Positions 54,200-64,000 of a stretch of DNA of 64,000 bases are shown one piece after another (position 1 is the first letter of the stretch; each line of letters begins with the position of its first letter). The notes below the pieces were generated by a model that worked only from the letters and a program-made list of their open reading frames with translations, was not told the DNA's origin and did not search any database. This DNA is from Camelus dromedarius (Eukaryota): assembly GCF_036321535.1 (NCBI RefSeq), contig NC_087437.1:53012001-53076000 (forward strand), written 5' to 3'. The translations under genes were made by a program, and so were the position numbers.

Positions 54200-54289
54200 G
54201 GGGAGGGAAATAGCTCAGTGGTAGAGTGCAATGCTTAGCATGCACAAGGTCCTGGGTTCAATCCCCAGTACCTCCATTAAAAAAAAAGA
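54200..54289 (+). mobile_element. tRNA-Ala-derived SINE (Vic-1 type, short form)
   Basis: tagctcagtggtagag...cttagcatgcac...ggttcaatcccc...cctcca + A tail; decayed TSD agaaaacagt / agaaaatggt. Confidence 0.88.
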
Positions 54290-54531
54290 AGAAAATGGTC
54301 TTCTAGAAATTCTCTATTATTTATGAAAAGAAATCTAGAGTTTGCTTATTTTGGCTAACACCCAACATTTTGACTTCTCTCTGGCTCCCTCACCTGTTCT
54401 GTCTGCACGACCTCCCCTTTAAGTCAGATACACTGAACTAGCTGGGTCTTCATGCCACTCTCCTGTGGGTCTAGAACTTGGACCCAAGTGGAGCAAGGAC
54501 CATCTCCCCCCAAGCCCTTAACCTTTTAGAG

Positions 54532-55046
54532 CAGAGCCCTTAACTGGCTGCATGAACCTCCAGGGGGTCTGTGGATAGAATCCAGAGGGCCATATTACCC
54601 TCTTATCTCCCTTCAGCTCTAACTGAAATTTAGGGTTTCCTTCCACTATGACTGTAAGATGCAAATCACGGGATATTAACTATACCTGTGACTTGGTTAA
54701 GCAGCCGAAATCACAGGTGTTTTACTGTCTTACTATGGCTGTGGTGGATAGTTTCTGTCATCACTTGTGCTCATCACTGCTTTTAATTTACCATAGGTAT
54801 TAGATCTGCCTCTGGAACTTGCTATATAATATCTCAGTTAATCACATATATCCTCATGGCAAAAATTTGTTTCTTAAGCTTTTGATAACTGCTTTTTCAA
54901 TATTAGTTTCCCTGGTCATCCTATATATTTGGTTTTATACTTTAAAAAAATATTATCTTTATTTATTAAGAAAGGGTCTGAAGGGTCTGTAGGCTACATC
55001 AGACTGCCAAATGGGTTCCTGGCACAAAAGAGGTTAAGAACCTCTG
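54532..55046 (+). mobile_element. hAT-Charlie DNA transposon (Charlie4a-like), near full length
   Basis: Imperfect TIRs cagagcccttaac / gttaagaacctctg; decayed 8-bp target ttttagag / ctttagta; internal match to recalled consensus. Confidence 0.78.
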
Positions 55047-56616
55047 CTTTAGTACAGATGTAAACTGTAGAGGCCTGGGGGTGGGGCCGAAGCTCTGTAT
55101 TTCCTCTTTGCCCTGCACGGTGGTCTGAGAAGACCCTGGGAGCCTTCTAAGTCATGGATGCACGCCTGGGCAAATGAACCTTCCCTCTCCTCCCCTTCTC
55201 TTGAGAACTCTGCTCTCCTATAGGAAGTGGATTCAGAACGGAGGCTCCCTTCAGCTAGACAGCCTGTCTGATCACACACTGACACGTACAGCAGAGATAC
55301 TCAGGGCACAGCAGCCTGAGAAGTAGCCGCCAGGCTTGTCATCCAAGGCAAAACCAATTTTGGATAATGCAGCTAAGCTGAAGGACTGTATTCAAGTATC
55401 AAAGTGCCCGAGAAGAGAGCGGGCTGGTAAAGGTATCTGTGGGCTGCTGCTTGGTCACAAGTCATAACAGAGCAGTAACTGGCAGTCACGGTGACCGTGA
55501 TGGGGCACGCAGCAGTACAGGCGGACTCTATTTCGAAATTAGTTTTACAGGTGAGTCACGGCTGCATCTGCACTTATGTTTCTTTCTCCTTTAGTGTGTC
55601 TTGTCCTACCACTGCCATAGACAATAGCTTTGTGTCAAACAATTGTAGACAGGGACAGAGCCCCTTTTAACACTCCTTACTCCAGCCCCTCTGAAGGTGT
55701 TGCTGAACCCAGAGTAGAAATAAGGGTTGGAAGGTTGGGCAAAGCAGCTGTGTGTTAGAAAGCCCAGCCCAGCAGGCACAGATCTGAGAATAGCCTCGGG
55801 CTGGCGGGCAGAGGTCCCGAGTGCACTGGCTCTATCTAGTAAGAAGCCCCGTCTTTGGGTACCTTCCAGCCCCAATGCTGGAGGGGCCTCTGATTACAGG
55901 GTCCCACAGCGCATCATGTTAGCCACCAGCACGAGGACCAGCTCCTCCCATAGACCTTGGGTCAGGCTGCAAAAGGGCTGCCTAGTCTCCTCTTATTGCT
56001 GTCCCTCTCCTCAGCACTTTGCCAAAGAGCAGGGAAATAGCCAATAGGCAAATGACAGGAGGAGAAGGGCCAGGGGAGAGCTTAACAACCTTTAAATTGG
56101 ATGATCCAGAAAAAAAGTGATTTCATTGAACCACCACTTGTCTTGGTCCTAAAATGCCCCACAACAGAGCACGCAGCAGGACTTGGAATCAGCGGTATAG
56201 ATTTCTGAACCACTGACTGACAGTGATAAGAAGACCCTATCCTTCTTCCTGATGATTCAGTATGAAGAACCAGCTAATGCAGCCTTGCAAGTGAGTTAAA
56301 ATAATTTACCAGCCTGTCCTTCTTGGCAATCCAATGATGAAATGGCATATACAATTTTTCCCTCCTGCAAAATCAACAGCTTTTTCTGGGATGAAGGGCA
56401 GGAGGCTACTTCCCAGAGTCAGCCATATGAGTATTCCTGAGTATCTCCAGGAAGACACAGGGTAGATATGAGGAAAAGAAGAGAAAAGCAGTAAAACGGT
56501 AGGAAGGATAAATCCACAGACGAAGGAGACAAAAAAGGCAACCCCAAAAATGGTATCTTCTTTAGAGACTGAAGGGTGAGGGGGAGAAATAGGAAGAAAA
56601 GATTGTATCTCCATAC

Positions 56617-56691
56617 CCTGGAGTAGGCCCCCCATTGTCCAGGTTGAAAACTTGTTTGGGGTTGAGCAGATAGTGGAATTTCCGAAGAATT
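56617..56691 (-). CDS. DGKG: DGKG exon (~ex16), 75 nt, phase 2-2: (R)ILRKFHYLLNPKQVFNLDNGGPTP(G)
   Basis: cccatag|A acceptor, GG|gtatgg donor; LLNPxQVFxL motif; phases fit both neighbours. Confidence 0.96.
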
Positions 56692-57515
56692 CTATGGGAA
56701 AAAAAAGAGAGACAGAGAGATGGAGACAGAGAAGGGGAATGTCATTGTGAGAAGTCACAGCAGGGCAAGCGCTGCTGGAGCCCACTGATGGTGGGAATGT
56801 GGCTCCACTGAAACCCAAGAGGGGAGAAGACCGCACGCAGGCCCTGCAGACCCTGATGTCCCAGGTCCAGCTGGCCGCACCCACGCCCTCACCCTGTTTC
56901 AGGGTCTCCGCACCATCCAAGGAGTAGCCACCCCTTGCATAGAGGAAAGGGCAGATCAACCCAGAGAACAGGACTTCCATTCTCCTAAAGCTTCTTCCTT
57001 CATGGAGACCTTCTCCCAAAAGTTCTGTATGTTCTAGTTAGTATGATTCTGCTCTCTGTGGACTAGACAAAAGCACCAAGGGACGCTCTGTGGAGAGGTC
57101 CCCACATCGTGGGATCAGGAGGACATGCAGGAGATGGGGTTGGGCAGAGGAGGGCTGGAGGCAGTGACTGCATCTAGGCTTGGTTTCAAGGCTCCAGCTT
57201 GAGGCTAATCAGGTCAGTTCAGGAGGGGTGCTCTGCCCCTGGGACTGGGGTGGAGGCTCTCAATTCTCACTTAGGTGCTACTTACTGATTTTTAAAACCT
57301 GGATTCCAGATCAACATGCCATCTGTTCCTCACCCCAGAGCTGAACACTGGCAGCCAGAGCTGTTCTGGCCATCCACCCCCACCCCCAAGTGCTCCCAGC
57401 AGACTAGGTGTTTCCGTCACTGATGAGACAGGTGCCCTGCTTTCTCAGGGATGGGATAGGCCAGGAGGTCTCAACCAGGTGCCTCCACCACAACTCTTTT
57501 ATCAAGAAAAGACTT

Positions 57516-57558
57516 AGATATTATAAATCAATAAAAAATGTTAAAAAAAAAAGAAGAA
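57516..57558 (+). mobile_element. Ultra-short L1 terminal insertion (~43 bp)
   Basis: attataaatcaataaaaaatgttaaaaaaaaaa matches the end of the long L1 (37659-37691); direct repeat AAGAAAAGACTT at 57504-57515 and 57559-57570. Confidence 0.85.
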
Positions 57559-57914
57559 AAGAAAAGACTTGGAAGGCTGGGAATTTAACAGGCATCTCAG
57601 AACTTGGTCTGACCCTGGGAACTGGAAATAATGGCTCACGTGACAGCCCCTAGGCTAAGCGCTGTGTGTCTATTTTAATGCTCACAAAAGCCCTATAGGA
57701 GGAGACATGATTATTACTTCCATCTTACAGAAGAGCAAACGGAGGCACAGGGATGTTAAGTTACTTGAATTAAATCATCAAGTGGTCTGTGGTGGGGCTG
57801 GACTGGACTGCAGGTCTGCCTGTCTCCACTGCCCACGCTGTTGTGCTTGAGAGGAAGGATGGACCCCAGTCAGGCTGACCCAGCCTCCCCATCTTGGAAA
57901 AGAAGAGAACATAC

Positions 57915-57994
57915 CTTTCTCCTTGTCTTCCTCCACTCTTGGGGTTCACCAAGACAAGCAGGGGATGGGTACCCGGGGTGGGGATGATCTTATA
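57915..57994 (-). CDS. DGKG: DGKG exon (~ex15), 80 nt, phase 0-2: [26 protein letters not shown](R)
   Basis: ttttaag|TAT acceptor, AAG|gtatgt donor; NPKSG motif at start of DAGKc domain. Confidence 0.97.
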
Positions 57995-59648
57995 CTTAAA
58001 AGGCAAAAGAAAAAGAAATTAGCTCTGTTTCAGGCAATAGGAGGAAAGCAATGAGAGTCAGTGTCAAGACAGTTTCTGGGAGAGGTGACTGGCAAGCAGA
58101 TCCAGGCATGGAGGAGAGGAGGTCAGGAGGTGGTAGGTGTTTGTCTACTGGCTGAGTTTTCTGAGGGATTAAGCAGCTAAGTGTCTCCTGCCTTAGTGGC
58201 CTTTAAACAGTGTTAACGGGGATGAAAGTTTGAGGTCAGGATCAGAGACGGGGCAGTGGCATCATAGCTTGAAATTATTCAACAATGGTGTGGCATTGTG
58301 CCCACAGCACAAGATCAGATCTTGTGAGGGATCCAACTAAATATGATCTTAGAAGGTATGGTCATCTGGTCCTAAACCTAGATAAAGCAACAGCAGTGGG
58401 ATTAACCATCACCTCCACCCCAGCACCCTCCCAATCCACAAATCCAGCCCCGATTTTCCTCTGGAGCCTTGGTTCCACATTTGTCACTGCCCAGTGGGTA
58501 CCTTCAAGCCAGATGTCTCATCAGAGCACACCCTAAACCTGACTTATCTTCTTTCCCCACAAAACTTGTCCTTTCTCCTGGCTATTATTATTATTCATCC
58601 AGTTATCCAGGGAAGACTCTGTCCTGTCTTTCCCTGGAATGTCTCTCTACCTGGAGCAGCTGCCACAGCACCTACACTGCTTGGGCTCCTCCCACTTCAG
58701 GTAAGTCCTGCATGCCGCCCCCACGCACTTCCTTTCCAGGACATCACATTAGTCATGCCACTCCTGCTCAAAAACCTTTAATGACACCTCATTACCCAGA
58801 GGATAAAATCCAAACTTCCTCACCTGGCATGCAAGGCATTTAATGCAGCCCCATTCTACTGTTCCCCCTCAGTTACTCTAACCCTCGTCACAGTTCCAGC
58901 CAAGCCCAGCTCTTACCCTCTAGTGTGTCTCCTGAATTCCCACCCTATGGGGACCCTCACACAGGTTCCTTCTCCTCCTTATTGCCCTGAAATACCCCCT
59001 CTTCCTTCTTTGCAACCTCTTAAAAAAAACTTCTCCTCCCCTGAGCCCAATTCAAGAGCTATTTCATGAAGTTTTCCTTGATGATTGCAGCTAAAATGAC
59101 TGCACTTGAAGCACGTCCTGTCTTCTGGGTTTCTTTTGTTATTGTTTATTTGCATATATATATATATATATTTTATCTTCTGAAGTAAATGCTCAAAACA
59201 TCAACTGGATTTTAAATGCCTCAGGAGCTGGGCAGGTGTGTGAACAACCCTCCAACCAAGGACCCCACTGCACCAGATTCAAGAGTGGGTCCTCAGCATA
59301 CTTGTGGGTTCAGCAGAAGGACACGTAGATCCAGAGAGGCTGCTCTGCTCCATATTCATACCTAGTGCCTCCCTTTCCAGATCTCAAGCTAAAATTCAGC
59401 AAACACAGTGCCATAGTGTTTGAAATGGACAGCAACATTCTTTATAACTTTTAGGAATGTTCTCATCTGCCAAGGGTGATTATTTGTGAGATACCCAGAA
59501 GCATCTTAGAGCCTGAGGAGTAATTTTTTTTTTATCTCTGGGGGTGATATTCAAAATATTTCATAGCCAGTATACAGCGTGGGCACTGTCCAACTGGAAC
59601 AGATGCAGGATAACCAGATAGATGCCAGCTGTCAACAACTGACCTGCA

Positions 59649-59650
<2 letters not shown>

Positions 59651-59689
<39 letters not shown>

Positions 59690-59722
59690 TGTGTGTGTGT
59701 GTCTGTGTGTGTGTGTCTGTGT
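59651..59722. repeat. (GT)19 microsatellite with an interrupted extension
   Basis: Perfect GT repeat 59651-59688, then gtct-interrupted units. Confidence 0.97.
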
Positions 59723-60455
59723 CTGCTCCATCTGGCTTTCTGCCCTTCAAGGTGTCTAGAGATTTCCCACGTTAAGGTTCAGCCATCAATATCACCGAAG
59801 TTTTGCACTAATCTGCATGTTCTCATTGGATCTGGGAGCATCTCTGGGAGGTGGGCAGTGCAGGGGCTGCTCTGCCTCTTTCCAGACAAGGAAACTTAAG
59901 GCTCAGAGGCAGAGGAGCCCTGGTGTTCTATCTCCTTTTCTAGCACTCTCTGTACCTCACCAGGCTGCCTTTCTGGAACTTTGTGGAATGCACAAAGAGG
60001 AGCTCACTGGTGAATTCATGTGAAAAATGAGTTCTTAAATATACATTTAAGGATGAAGGAGAACTTTTGGATGTGGTGAACTTTGTTTTGGCAGTCACAT
60101 TCTGGAGACAGCTTGGCCGTCTTGGAAGACTCAACTGTCTATTTTTAGGCCACATTCTTGTTATTATTCAGGAGATCTGTATACTGAAGTTTTATGCAAT
60201 GTGTTCTTAAAAGGTGATAAAGCCAGTCTGGCCAGCCATGGGATCGACCTACCTCCCTTCTCACCACTTGCCTACAGTGTAGTTGTTGAAGATAATTCCA
60301 GAGGCTGGAAATACAGCGTCCTGTGTGATATAATTGGTCGGATGAGAAAGCAAAGGTTGAGATGTGTTTCTCTAGAACCCAAACCCTGTCCTCCCCTCCA
60401 GAGCCTTGGACCCACTTAGAATGAATGAGGAGACTGGGGGCTTTTGCTGAGGTAC

Positions 60456-60515
60456 CTGCATAATAAGTTCACCCTTGGCTGACATGCTACCATCCGACTT
60501 CCCATCTTGCCTGTC
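60456..60515 (-). CDS. DGKG: DGKG exon (~ex14), 60 nt, phase 0-0: DRQDGKSDGSMSAKGELIMQ (linker)
   Basis: Pyrimidine tract + cacag|GAC acceptor, CAG|gtacct donor; absent from the ORF track, translated by hand; resembles the recalled human linker. Confidence 0.93.
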
Positions 60516-60919
60516 CTGTGAGAAGAGAGGAAAGACAAGCATCTTTTGAAAAAATATGTCTAATACAAAAAAAAAAGAGAGAGCTCAGAAGAAAAAACAA
60601 ATGGCTACCCTAAGAAGAGAGAACAGAAAACCAGTATAGTGTAGGGAGGCGCTTCTCAAAGTGGGGCTTTGGACCTAAAAAAAGAAATGCTCCCTTTGGG
60701 TTTCTCTAGGACTCTCCAGGCCTCTGTCATCACTTGCCCTGACTTTAACTTCGAGACACTGGAAGGGACACAGGGAGAGGAAGCACTGAAGTTAGCAGGA
60801 ATCTACTTTGTTGATTTAGAAGCTTGAACTCTGAGAAGCAAGGTCCTCAATGTGGTTTCTCTGCTCAGCACTATCTAAACACTGTGATACTGAATAGGTA
60901 ATTAATCTTGTGTTGGTTT

Positions 60920-61455
60920 TTCTTTTCAATGTTTATTATTTATTTTATTGAGATTTATGTCACATATAGTAAAATGCTCAAATCTAAATCTACAGCTCCA
61001 TGAATTTCTACACACCTAAGGCCCTTGTAGCTACTGCCTCTTCTGGCGTAGTAATTCTGCTGTGACTCCTGATGCCATATTGGTTTTGCCTGGCTTTTGA
61101 ATTTCATATAAATGGAGTCATAGACCATGTCTTTTTATGAGTCTAACTTCTTTTGTTCAGCATTGTATTTTGGGGGTTATCCATATTTTTGCTTCTAAAC
61201 ATAGTTATTTTCCATTGCAATGTAGTATTGTACTGTATGAATATGCCTCAACTTACTTATCTATTCTCTTGTCAGTGCGTCATTAGCTTATTTTCAGTGT
61301 TTGATGTGAATAAAGTTGACATGAGCATGCTTGTACCTGTCTTTTGGTAGAATAAATGCTTGTATTTCTCAGGTAGATACACAGGAGGAGACTTATCAGG
61401 CACAGAGTTTGTGTATTTCCAACTTAGTAGGTACTGCCAAGTGGTTTTCAGAAGT
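60920..61455 (-). mobile_element. Ancient L1M 3'-end relic (sense to DGKG)
   Basis: ttttattgagat...atttcatataaatggagtcata...ttcagcatt...tagtattgtactgtatgaatat; similar relics near 3670-4030 and 40790-40935. Confidence 0.65.
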
Positions 61456-62088
61456 GGTGGTTTTTCTTTGGTTTTTAATGAAAAAGAAGATGGTCAAGTC
61501 AAGCGTGAGATGTGAGGAATCAGTGGCACTCAGCAGCATCTTTAAGATGGAAAGAGAACAGTTAAGGTGTTTGGTGCTTGGTTTGAGAGAGGGGACTTCA
61601 ACATGGGAGACAGAAAAAGTTCCAGGTGGGGATAAATGGAGTTTAATTTCACAGCTTCATTTCCAAGTAGGGCTGAGACACCCAGGTGGAAATCTTCAAG
61701 GCAGAGGGAGGTCCATGTTTGGACACAGGAGAGAGGGTGACAGGGACAAGGGAGGCCTGGGAAGCCTAGCTGTGCACAGGTGGTGACTGATGTTCCTTGA
61801 ACGGTGATCTGCCTGCAAGGTGCTTGGAATGAATGTGCTTTCCTTGATGGGCCATCTCAGAGCGCACTGGGTGGCCAGCAGTTGGAATTGTTTCAGTCAG
61901 AGAAGTCTTCCCTCACAGTCTGACAGCACAGCACTGACCTCTTTCAAATTTATGCTGAAAACATGAAACCTAAGAGTTGTGGAGGAAGGCCCTCTGAGGA
62001 TGTGGCTGTCTGAAAGCTGCCTGCATCTGAAATGTGAGCAGGAGTGGCGGGGGCGGGGGCGGAGCCCTGGCAGGGCAGCAGCACTTAC

Positions 62089-62181
62089 CCGGGTGACGGG
62101 GCAGATCGAAGTGGGCAGCAGAATATGGTCTCTGAGTTCCCCACCGTCACACAACGTTGACAATTCACATTTGCGGTGAAA
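62089..62181 (-). CDS. DGKG: DGKG exon (~ex13), 93 nt, phase 0-0: FHRKCELSTLCDGGELRDHILLPTSICPVTR (end of C1B)
   Basis: ctccag|TTT acceptor, CGG|gtaagt donor; HxxC...C completes the C1 domain. Confidence 0.97.
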
Positions 62182-62316
62182 CTGGAGCGAAAAATGAAGA
62201 TGAGTGTGAATGAAAGTCAAGGAAATGTCAAGTATGAGGGTTTGGAGATTTACTGGGGAGGCAGGCTGTTGAGTGCTCCTCCAAATCCTGATTCACTGTT
62301 GGCTTTGGCAGTATAT

Positions 62317-62612
62317 GAGAGAGAGAGAGAGAGAGGGAGACAGAGAGAAAGAGTGTGTGTGTGTGGTATGTGAGTGTGGTGTGTATGGTGTGTATGTTTA
62401 AGTGTGTGGTGTGTGAGGGTGATGTGTGTGTAGTGTGTGGTTTGTGTGGCATGTGTGGTGTGTGTGTTTGAGTGTGTGGTGTGTAATGTGGATGGGGGTA
62501 CGTGTGTGGTGTGTATGGTATGTGCTGTGCGTGTGGTGTGTATGATGTGTGTGGTGTGTGTGGTCTGTGGTACGGTATGTGTGGTGTGTGGTGTGTGGTG
62601 TGTGGTGTGTGT
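62317..62612. repeat. Compound (GA)n + degenerate TG/GTG-rich low-complexity tract
   Basis: GA run 62317-62352 followed by ~260 bp of gtgtg/gtggt/gtatg units. Confidence 0.95.
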
Positions 62613-63397
62613 CTGTCGTAAACAGAGGAAGGAGACCCAGTGCTGCCCAGGCAGCCGGGGCCAAACAGCCCCGAGCAGGTCTGTGGCCCGTCAGTGTGGC
62701 AGCCCCACGTGGATTCCAGAGCCTGCCTTGGGTTTGCTCCCGAGGCTCTGAGACACTGGAAGGAAGGAGATCTTGTTGAAGAAACTCATGACAGGCTGGA
62801 TTTGAACCCCACGATGCAACCTCTGCATTTTAAGAGTTCACAGTCTGATCTGGAGACACGTCCTTCTTGAGGCTGACGCCTGGTCAAGGGGACTAGACAT
62901 GGCACTGGGCTTGCTTTGGAAGGCACGTCGGGCAGCTCCAGGTATCCAGGGAGGAAGCGGACACTCGCCTGCCTGGTGGCAGCAGGCACAGGCCTCTGGC
63001 CTGGGCAGTGGAGACTATCAAGAGTGCGCTTTCCTCTGATGCAGGGATTCTGGTGTCTAAAACCTCTCCCACTCTGTCAGCACCCTGGCCCTGGGTGACA
63101 TGCAGGCGAAGGAAGTCCATGGTCCAGCCTGCTGTTCACAGCTGCCTGGCCGTAACACCAGTGGATCGGCCAGCTTCTTCTCAAGCAGCCCACACTCCCC
63201 TGGTTCTGGGGGTGCTCTCTTCTGGGCAGCCTGGTGATTCACTGGAGGCTCCCAGACTTAGGGACTGAACAGGGGCTCTGAGCCCCCTTGCCTCTATCCT
63301 GTCCCCTGGCTCTGCTCATGCCCTCTGGCAGGATGTCCACAGCTTGAGCCAAAAACCACACTGAAAGGAAGCAGGGCTGCCCTGGGCGCCAACCCAC

Positions 63398-63514
63398 CGT
63401 CATCCGGCACCACACGCAGTGCCGCGCGGTGACACTCTGGTAGCACTTGATACTTTTGTGGCACCGGTCACACTTGACGGAGGAGTTCCCTTCCACCCAC
63501 GCGTGCTGCATCAC
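63398..63514 (-). CDS. DGKG: DGKG exon (~ex12), 117 nt, phase 0-0: [39 protein letters not shown] (C1B domain, first part)
   Basis: ctgcag|GTG acceptor, ACG|gtgggt donor; H...CxxC...CxxC C1 pattern. Confidence 0.97.
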
Positions 63515-63883
63515 CTGCAGGAGGGAAGGGAAGGATACCAGGAATGGCTGCAGAACTCGGCCCCTGGGCCCGGGGCCTGAGGAGAAGGGCCGGGGAGGAG
63601 CACAGGGCCTGGGCGGTGGGGAGGCGCGAGCGGGGTGGGCAGTGGCCAGAGAGGGTTGTTTCCTGTTTAGTGGACGCACTTGTTGATGCTGGGCTGCTTT
63701 GCTGAACTGCACTGCTGTGGTTGCTCCCTGCCTAACCGCTATCGTGCTAATCAAGGGGGATGAAAAGCCACTTTGCCTGCTCTTGAAGCAGTTCATTACC
63801 CCTGGCAGTCAAGCCTCGGAGCAGCATCTCGTCAGGCTGTCCGTCTGTCTTGCAGAACTCTTTGCAGAGGGATGTGCTTGTGG

Positions 63884-63898
63884 GCGCCCTCTTCTGGA
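63884..63898 (-). promoter_or_regulatory. CTCF core motif candidate TCCAGAAGAGGGCGC
   Basis: One deviation from CCASYAGRKGGCRS; CpG retained. Confidence 0.45.
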
Positions 63899-64000
63899 AG
63901 GCAGCGCGATGCAGGGGAATGCGGGAGGGCTTGAGCAGCAGACAGAACTGGTTGGAGTCGCTGATCTTCCACTTCGCAGCAGGGTGACCTTTGGCCAGTT

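Noticed and set aside
55488..55502. Short palindrome tcacggt-g-accgtga
   Set aside because: 7-bp arms are expected by chance in 64 kb; no supporting context
56306..57019. 237-aa minus-strand ORF
   Set aside because: Crosses the real 75-nt exon in the wrong frame; the rest is pyrimidine-rich intron
62398..62779. His/Thr-rich and Val/Cys-rich ORFs
   Set aside because: Translations of the TG/CA low-complexity tract; likewise 59532-59899

Overview
Mammalian genomic DNA, almost certainly camelid (two tRNA-Ala-derived Vic-1-type SINEs plus a matching young L1 family). The whole window lies inside one minus-strand gene, DGKG (diacylglycerol kinase gamma). I read ten coding exons by hand, all with GT-AG boundaries and compatible phases; they splice into one uninterrupted frame running from the second C1 domain through the catalytic domain ([17 protein letters not shown]) into the accessory domain. 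By recalled human numbering these are about exons 12-21, and the gene continues off both ends. A 31.4-kb intron (8903-40350) holds a young, 5'-truncated 2.9-kb LINE-1 with an 18-bp target-site duplication (TSD) and a nearly open ORF2. The rest is intronic, with L1 3'-end fragments, SINEs, MLT1 LTRs, hAT DNA transposons, MIR/L2 relics and microsatellites. I found no new gene or novel biological system. The best leads are (i) splicing-regulatory sequence around the in-frame skippable exons, (ii) a stepwise series of camelid L1 3'UTR variants including a ~43-bp micro-insertion with a TSD, and (iii) intragenic regulatory candidates (CpG-rich patch with a CTCF motif, an RFX X-box). Repeat family names and human comparisons are from memory and need RepeatMasker/BLAST confirmation.
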